Assembly (NCBI GenBank): GCA_964457995.1
Contig: CAYWHL010000002.1
Coordinates: 1 to 49,520, forward strand
Direction: 5' to 3'
Source of the DNA: an uncultured Methanoregula sp.
Lineage (GTDB): Archaea; Halobacteriota; Methanomicrobia; Methanomicrobiales; Methanospirillaceae
Length of the DNA stretch: 49,520 bases
Shown: positions 20,093 through 26,420 of the stretch, in pieces
Layout: each line of letters opens with the position of its first letter
Numbering within the stretch: the stretch's first letter is position 1
Notes under the pieces: model-generated
What the model was told of the DNA's origin: nothing
Databases searched by the model: none
Seen by the model: the letters and a program-made list of their open reading frames with translations, nothing else
Position numbers and translations under genes: made by a program

Positions 20093-21085
20093 ATGGATAA
20101 CAGGACTTTTAGAAACGGGTTTGATATAAAAAAGGAAATGCTGGGCAAAGTAAAAGAACTGAAAGAAAAATTACCCCCTTTCATGAAAGAAGCGGTACAG
20201 GACCAGTTCAAAAAAGATGGCATTGTTATCGGGGTTTCCGGTGGTGTGGATTCTGCAGTTATCGCTACTCTCGCTGTAGAAGCACTGGGTCCTGACCATG
20301 TGTACGGCCTGATCCTTCCCGAGAAGGAATCGACACCTTCCAGCAGGGAACTTGCGATACCTTTATGCAAGAAACTAAAAATCCCCTATAGCGAAGTGCC
20401 GATCACACCGATGCTGGAAGCATTCGATATTTATCGCAGGAAAGAAGCTCTCTTCTGTGAACTTTTTCCCCAATATGATCCAGCAATCCATTCGACAAAC
20501 TTATTTCTTCCTTCGGGAATCGCATCAGAGAGCCTGCTCGCTTTACCCTCAATCAGGCTCTCAGATAAGAAAGGATCGATCATTACTAAACGCCTCTCTG
20601 CACCGCAATACCTGAACTTCATCAGTCTCCAGAATGTAAAACAGAGAACGAGAATGATTGCTCTCTACCTCCAGGCAGAAAAAATGAATTACGTAGTAAG
20701 CGGTACCACCAATAAATCAGAATTATTATGCGGCTATTTCGTAAAGTTCGGAGACGGCGGGGTTGATCTGGAACCGATAGCGAATATGTATAAGCTGCAG
20801 GTGTATAAGCTTGCAGAACTGCTTAATATTGATAAAAAAATTATATCCCGTGCACCGAATCCGGATACCTGGAGTCACTTCACCTCCGATGAAGATTTTT
20901 ATTTACGAATGCCATATGAAATCCTTGACCAGCTCCTGTACTCTGAAGAATACCATATCCCACCAGATATCGTCAGGAAGTGCACAGGCTTGACTTCAGG
21001 CCAGATGAATTCGGCCTTTAAACATATTCATAGTATGAAGAATGCCTCCAGGATGCTCCAGCTTGCCCCGCCGGTGTATATGTAA
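20093..21085 (+). CDS. nadE: NH3-dependent NAD+ synthetase-like N-type ATP pyrophosphatase with a large internal insertion
   Basis: IGVSGGVDSAV, NVKQRTRM, GTTNKSE, GYFVKFGDGGVD, PIANMYKLQVYKLA; about 55 extra residues before NVKQRTRM compared with minimal NadE. Confidence 0.75.
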   Translation: MDNRTFRNGFDIKKEMLGKVKELKEKLPPFMKEAVQDQFKKDGIVIGVSGGVDSAVIATLAVEALGPDHVYGLILPEKESTPSSRELAIPLCKKLKIPYSEVPITPMLEAFDIYRRKEALFCELFPQYDPAIHSTNLFLPSGIASESLLALPSIRLSDKKGSIITKRLSAPQYLNFISLQNVKQRTRMIALYLQAEKMNYVVSGTTNKSELLCGYFVKFGDGGVDLEPIANMYKLQVYKLAELLNIDKKIISRAPNPDTWSHFTSDEDFYLRMPYEILDQLLYSEEYHIPPDIVRKCTGLTSGQMNSAFKHIHSMKNASRMLQLAPPVYM

Positions 21086-21356
21086 TAGACATAACGATAC
21101 CTGATGTTTAGACGATAAACCGATTTGGTTAATATCCGTTAAAAATTGATTATCAGGATTCTCTACAGTTACACCGTATTGAGGAAAAACACCTATCCAT
21201 AGAAGTTGACAAAAATCGTATTTTATTGATAATACTCAAGGGTCATACCCCAAAAATTTTTTTTAATGAGAGTGAAAATAAGCCCTGCCTTTCCTGAGTG
21301 AAAATCAGAAAGAGTACCATTACATCTTAAAAAAAAGTGTTGGTAAAAAATGAAGA

Positions 21357-21437
21357 TTATTTCTTCTTTGTGGCCGCCTTCTTGGCTGGTTTTTTTGCTG
21401 CCGTCTTCTTTGCCGCTGCCTTTTTTGCCGCTGCCAT
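21357..21437 (-). CDS. 26-aa Lys/Ala-rich basic peptide (histone H1 tail / Hc1-like)
   Basis: MAAAKKAAAKKTAAKKPAKKAATKKK*; strong RBS GGAGGTG 8 nt upstream, TATA (TATTTATTAA) at about 21489-21498 and T-tracts after the stop on the minus strand. Confidence 0.85.
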   Translation of the reverse strand: MAAAKKAAAKKTAAKKPAKKAATKKK

Positions 21438-21758
21438 GTGGATTCCACCTCCTACCGGAAAAGGTTAAAAAATTCTTAAATCTTCCAATTAATAAATATT
21501 TTGGTTGCAACGCCGATTTTAAGCATAGAATCCTTAGTAATTACCACTTATTTCCCAGTAAAATGGCAGTATCTGAACAAGAACGATTTTTAAATGTAAT
21601 ATTGCTTAAAATGCGCAATTCTTTAAATTTTAATCCGATTAGCAAAAAAGCAATTATTTGAAGGATAAATAGTATTGTACCCGTCTAACCGCAAACGAAT
21701 CAACAGGATATATACGCAGTTTGCAGAGATTTTTGTCTTTTAAGATTTATTGATTTTT

Positions 21759-22124
21759 TTATTTTGAATTTGGTGGATCCCTGGTTTGTTGAGATGATCC
21801 GTGGCAGGAATTTACAGTTTTTATTCGGTTGAGAATCGTCATGTAGAGTATCGCATTGGCCACTGCGACGACGGACAAGAGTGCCAGGGAATGAATAACC
21901 AGTGCACTATACTGATCACTACCACCCGAAAGAAATATGAAAAGTGCGTAGATAATCACGGACAGCATAAGGGTACTGATGCTGATCAACGTCGCTCTGA
22001 CCGCAGTATGCATCCTGCTGCGAATATCGGGGAAAAGCAATAGACCAAACACCCCAATCCCTCCAAATCCGACACTGATTATGAGAAGGATAAAAATTCC
22101 TGCATCAATAACCGGATCACTCAT
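21759..22124 (-). CDS. MnhG/MrpG-like monovalent cation/H+ antiporter subunit
   Basis: GIGVFGLLLFPDIRSRMHTA resembles the MnhG GxxRxPDxYxRxHA motif; 3 TM helices; ATGA overlap with the upstream gene. Confidence 0.65.
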   Translation of the reverse strand: MSDPVIDAGIFILLIISVGFGGIGVFGLLLFPDIRSRMHTAVRATLISISTLMLSVIIYALFIFLSGGSDQYSALVIHSLALLSVVAVANAILYMTILNRIKTVNSCHGSSQQTRDPPNSK

Positions 22125-22387
22125 TCTCCCCCACCACTCCCGTACCCGGACCGTGCATAAGCAATGGTTCCTGCGTAGCAGAGTGCTACGAGCACGATGG
22201 ATGCATCCAGTACGATCAGGTTTCCCCACGAAATACTGAGGGCAAGTGCTGCCCCTGCGGCAATAGTGATTGCCGCATTTACTGCAATGAGCTGGTCATC
22301 GCGTGTCGGCCCGGGAATGATCCGCAGAACGGCGCACAGTGACAGGAAGATAAAGCAGAGTGCTGCAAAAAGCCAGGTATCGATCAT
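22121..22387 (-). CDS. MnhF/MrpF-like monovalent cation/H+ antiporter subunit
   Basis: LRIIPGPTRDDQLIAVN...LDASIVLVALCYAGTIAYAR resembles MnhF (RxxxGPTxxDR...D.ALV.A...F.GT.A.AR); start ATG 22387. Confidence 0.7.
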   Translation of the reverse strand: MIDTWLFAALCFIFLSLCAVLRIIPGPTRDDQLIAVNAAITIAAGAALALSISWGNLIVLDASIVLVALCYAGTIAYARSGYGSGGGE

Positions 22388-22579
22388 ATAAACAGTACAG
22401 TATGCAGAATTGATATTTATCAATCCTCCCGCTCCGTGCCGGTCTCTTGTCTGAAAAGAGAGAAATGAATGACAAAAACTTTTCGTGTTCATGGACGAGC
22501 ATGGTATTTTTATTCATTATAATTAAGTCTCTTTGCTGCCCTTCCTTTTTTATCTCTCCGGAACGAATGAACATAGAAG

Positions 22580-23992
22580 ATGCGTCCATCCTATCTTGGG
22601 AAGATTCTTTTACGCTGGTGTGACCAGTGCCATGTACCGGTTCTTTCACAACACTGTACCTGCGGCGTCAGGACACGGGAAGTTCCTGTCACACCTCCAG
22701 GAGACGCACGCCCGGCTTTTCCTGCAGACATTGCACTCATCAACCGGATCTATAAAGAGCATTTTGGCGCAGAGCTGATTCCAGAAGGTCATCTGGTACT
22801 CCTGAACAAAGTACCGGACCAAGACCGAATGGAAGAGATTGTTGTCGGTGGTGGTATCGCCGGGATTATCAGGTATTTTCCTGAGCTGCGGCGGTGGGAA
22901 CCCATCCCACGCCCGGAAGCATGCACTTTGTTTTCACCCAAAAAACGTTTTGTCGTAATAGATGATGATGCACTCCCCTTCATCAGGGAACAGGGTATGA
23001 GTGTCCTCGCACCCGGGCTTGTTTCAGTAGATGATGCAGTATGTGCCGGTGATGAAGTATTCATTTGTGCAAAAGATGGTTCTTGCGCCGGTGTCGGGCG
23101 GGCAAAAGTTGATGCAGCAACTGCACGAAGTATGAAAAAAGGCTCTCTGGTCAGGACAAGGAATAACATCACATCGGTTATTGTGCCCGGCGTCGCAGCA
23201 TGGGGAGATGCAGTGACAGCAAACACCGACGTGCTTGAAAATGCAGAATCGTCAGCTATCCGGTTTGTGCGGGAGGTGGCAGAACAAAACCCGCATCTGG
23301 TGGCAAACATTTCGTATTCCGGGGGGAAGGACAGCCTTGCCACCCTGCTTGTGGTGACAAAAGCCCTGGGTAAGGTAGCGATGCTCTTTGCTGATACTGG
23401 TTTGGAGTTTCCAGAAACCTATGCAAATGTGGAGGAAGCATCCCGGCGTTACGGGCTTGACATAATCCGCACTGATGGAAGAACACAATTCCGGGAAACG
23501 TTTGAACGACAGGGGCCCCCGGCAGTAAATGCCCGCTGGTGCTGCCGGGTCTGCAAGCTGACTCCGGTAGAAAACCTGATACGCGAACAGTGGGGCGAAT
23601 GTCTTTCCTTTATTGGCCAGAGGAGATATGAATCAGCGAGACGGGCACAGAGTAAACGGGTCTGGCGTAACTCCAGCGTCCATTCCCAGCTCTCGGCCGC
23701 CCCCATCCATAACTGGACTGCTCTGCATGTCTGGCTTTACCTGATGCGGGAGCATGCACCGTACAACATCCTGTATGAACGCCGCCTGGACAGGATCGGC
23801 TGTTTCATGTGTCCGTCAAGCGATATGGCATTGATCCATATGATTGAGACAGAGTATCCCGGCCTCTGGGAGATCTGGCGCACGCAGCTTGAACAGTGGC
23901 AACAGGCGCGCGGGCTTCCCGCAGAGTGGATCACTGGTGGAAAATGGCGGCTGAAAGAAGGTTCCATGGATGCTGAAGATAGCTATTATTGA
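22580..23992 (+). CDS. PAPS-reductase-family protein with N-terminal Zn-ribbon and PUA domain
   Basis: CDQC...CTC ribbon, SVLAPGLV..DDAVCAGDEV PUA, SYSGGKDS PP-motif, DTGLEFPET, RWCCRVCK, GQRRYESARR, RIGCFMCP. Confidence 0.88.
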   Translation: MRPSYLGKILLRWCDQCHVPVLSQHCTCGVRTREVPVTPPGDARPAFPADIALINRIYKEHFGAELIPEGHLVLLNKVPDQDRMEEIVVGGGIAGIIRYFPELRRWEPIPRPEACTLFSPKKRFVVIDDDALPFIREQGMSVLAPGLVSVDDAVCAGDEVFICAKDGSCAGVGRAKVDAATARSMKKGSLVRTRNNITSVIVPGVAAWGDAVTANTDVLENAESSAIRFVREVAEQNPHLVANISYSGGKDSLATLLVVTKALGKVAMLFADTGLEFPETYANVEEASRRYGLDIIRTDGRTQFRETFERQGPPAVNARWCCRVCKLTPVENLIREQWGECLSFIGQRRYESARRAQSKRVWRNSSVHSQLSAAPIHNWTALHVWLYLMREHAPYNILYERRLDRIGCFMCPSSDMALIHMIETEYPGLWEIWRTQLEQWQQARGLPAEWITGGKWRLKEGSMDAEDSYY

Positions 23993-24575
23993 TTACGGAC
24001 TGGGGAACCTGCGGAGTGTAATCCGGGGTCTTGAAAAAGCCGGCGCGAATGCGGTCATCACTTCAGATATAGAGGAGATCGCTGCCGCAGACGGCCTCGT
24101 GCTTCCTGGTGTCGGGGCGTTCCACGAGGGAATGGACCAGCTGGGACCCTTAAAAGAAATTGTCATTGCATCAACACGCGATGTCCCCCTGCTCGGGATC
24201 TGTCTTGGAATGCAGATGCTCATGGACACCAGCGAAGAGCATGGGATACACCGCGGGTTGGGGCTCATTCCGGGGAGTGTGAAACGGTTTCCCCGTGGAT
24301 CAGGACAAAAAGTTCCACATATGGGCTGGAACTCTCTTGAGATTGAACAGGCTGATAATCCGCTCTTCACCGGCTTTGGAACTGATGAGTATGTCTACTT
24401 TGTCCATTCTTTTTATGCGGATACTTCACCGGAATATACGCTTACAACAACCCGGTATATCTGTTCTTTCGCGTCATCTGTGGGTAACAACAATACCTTT
24501 GGTGTCCAGTTCCACCCGGAAAAAAGTGGCGCGATCGGTCTTTTGCTGCTGAGCAATTTCATCGGTATGGTATGA
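23970..24575 (+). CDS. hisH: Imidazole glycerol phosphate synthase glutaminase subunit
   Basis: IIDYGLGNLRSV, LPGVGAF, LGICLGMQ, KVPHMGWN, YFVHSFY, QFHPEKS. Confidence 0.96.
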   Translation: MLKIAIIDYGLGNLRSVIRGLEKAGANAVITSDIEEIAAADGLVLPGVGAFHEGMDQLGPLKEIVIASTRDVPLLGICLGMQMLMDTSEEHGIHRGLGLIPGSVKRFPRGSGQKVPHMGWNSLEIEQADNPLFTGFGTDEYVYFVHSFYADTSPEYTLTTTRYICSFASSVGNNNTFGVQFHPEKSGAIGLLLLSNFIGMV

Positions 24576-24662
24576 TCAACTCCTGACCTGTGCCCGTGGT
24601 ATCTTTTTATCTCCCTTACATCACGGGAAACCTTTTAATTACTGCCATTTTATGCTGTAGTT

Positions 24663-25487
24663 ATGAAAAGTATCATACTCATCGCACTATGCCTGATGTG
24701 TATTGTCGGCCCTGCATCTGCTTACCAGCTCTACCTCAGTTGTCCTGAAACCGTACAGGTAGGTCTGCCATTGAAATGCGAACTTGACAGTAATTTCCCT
24801 GCCGGGACAACATTCGATGTAGTAATATACCAGTCCGGGTACACGGCAACACCACTCAAACGTCAGACTGTTACTATCCAGGAGAATCAGGCAACCCTGT
24901 ACCAGTTATTCGATACCAAGGGCTTTCCTGGCGGACAATACAAAGTGGAGGTCCAGTTCCTCGGTGCTGATGAAGGAAGACTCTCAACTGATTCAGTGAC
25001 CCTGCAACTGCCCAGACTCATCGACCGTACAGGAGACATAACAATCACATCTCCCCTGACCCAGACCGCGGATGCGCCTCTCCGGATTGAGGGATCGATA
25101 ACAAAAGCCGGTAATGAAGGAGTTGAGATTGAGGTCAGGGGACCGGATGGCGTAGTCTTTGGCCCCCAGTGGATCGGAACAAAACTACATATTCAGGACG
25201 AGGCGGGAGAATTCACACAACAGGTTACCGTGACGCGGCCCGGTGACTACGATGTAACGTTCAGGGATGCAAAAGGCTATGTAGGTATAAAAACATTTAA
25301 AGTTGTCGCCGCGGCAACAACCGTCCCGACAACTGTTCCCACAACAGTGCCTGTTACCACATATCCACCGACAACGGTTCCTACCCCCCTCCCTACCACG
25401 ACGCAGTCTCCTCTTTCCCCAATGACAATTGTAGCCGCTCTCTCCATCGTGGGTATACTGTCCATAGTCCTGATGAAAAAGCGCTGA
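24663..25487 (+). CDS. Secreted/cell-surface protein with Thr/Pro-rich linker and C-terminal membrane anchor
   Basis: Signal peptide ending in PASA, beta-rich body, TTVP repeats, then TTQSPLSP + TM helix + KKR. Confidence 0.8.
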   Translation: MKSIILIALCLMCIVGPASAYQLYLSCPETVQVGLPLKCELDSNFPAGTTFDVVIYQSGYTATPLKRQTVTIQENQATLYQLFDTKGFPGGQYKVEVQFLGADEGRLSTDSVTLQLPRLIDRTGDITITSPLTQTADAPLRIEGSITKAGNEGVEIEVRGPDGVVFGPQWIGTKLHIQDEAGEFTQQVTVTRPGDYDVTFRDAKGYVGIKTFKVVAAATTVPTTVPTTVPVTTYPPTTVPTPLPTTTQSPLSPMTIVAALSIVGILSIVLMKKR

Positions 25488-25661
25488 GTGATTCAGCATC
25501 TTCATTTTTTTGGCTGATAAGCGGTTTTTTAAAAGTTGAACGTCTGATTATTTTACGGTTCATTACCCCACTTCAGATCTGTTCCGATCAGATCATTGGG
25601 TGATTTATCTTTTTTATCGCGCTGATTTGGCAAAAAAACAGGATGAACTGAATTTGAGATG

Positions 25662-26420
25662 TTAGTTTTTCATCTTTTTCCAGAGATACATTTCATAGAT
25701 AACCAGCACGAGAATCACCATCATCCCGCCGAGGAAAAAAGCAAGTGCAAGATCTGGCATCGCTGCGGCAAGAGGGGAACCGGTAGCCGGGGGAGTTGGT
25801 ACTTGTGGGGTCTGCAGAGCTTGGGAAAGGGTGGTAATAGGAGATGGTACTGGAGTAAAATTAGTAATACCCATATCTGAGACTCCTTTCGATCCGGCAG
25901 CTATCACGTCCGGAGTCATGGTGGCATTTGCCCAGTTCGCTTCGGTAACTGCTTTGGCAGCGGGAACCCCGTATTCCTGTGCTGCCATACGCGGTGCCCC
26001 GTCCAGGCTGCTGCCGGCAGAAAGTCCCTGCCCAAGGATCGGGGACAGGATGGCAATAACCAGTGATCCGAAGGCTACAATCCCGAAGAGCGATGCGTAT
26101 TTTAAAAGCAGCGAGCGCACATTGGACGTGCGGGGAGCAACAATCAGAAGCTGGTTTGTCAGGGAGTAGATCTTAATTTCCCGTCCCTTGACGCTGTATC
26201 TGGTCTCTGCTACCGATATCAGGCCGGCTTCAAGCAGGTTTTCAATGTGATATTTTGCGGTTGTCAGGGGAATAGCGAGCCGTTCGTTAATCTCGGTTAA
26301 GCTTTTCTGGCTCTCTGCCAGGAGCTTGAGGATATCACTTGCAGTCTGGCTCCCCATGGCTTTTGAAATCTTCTGTGCCCGTTCATCGCCAGGTTCCAGA
26401 ATTACAACATTATCAGCCAT
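25662..26420 (-). CDS. ArsR-like HTH protein with two C-terminal TM segments
   Basis: ISKAMGSQTASDILKLL..SLTEINERLAIPLTTAKYHIENLLEAGLI..YSVKGREIKIY; hydrophobic segments near residues 105-130 and 225-247. Confidence 0.82.
   Translation of the reverse strand: MADNVVILEPGDERAQKISKAMGSQTASDILKLLAESQKSLTEINERLAIPLTTAKYHIENLLEAGLISVAETRYSVKGREIKIYSLTNQLLIVAPRTSNVRSLLLKYASLFGIVAFGSLVIAILSPILGQGLSAGSSLDGAPRMAAQEYGVPAAKAVTEANWANATMTPDVIAAGSKGVSDMGITNFTPVPSPITTLSQALQTPQVPTPPATGSPLAAAMPDLALAFFLGGMMVILVLVIYEMYLWKKMKN

Noticed and set aside
21223-21661. ORF-track entries 21223-21510 (-) and 21350-21661 (+)
   Set aside because: Alternative-frame or antisense shadows of the 26-aa Lys/Ala peptide gene, which holds the RBS and promoter.
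15054-21760. Direct repeat of the tRNA-Gly 3' end marking an island boundary
   Set aside because: No second copy of GGTTCGAGTCCCGGTCGGCGCA found by eye and no integrase adjacent, so the block is not called a mobile element.
25315-25400. Tandem ACAAC(N)GT(N)CC-like repeats
   Set aside because: They encode the TTVP linker of a surface protein; not a CRISPR array or a DNA-level repeat.
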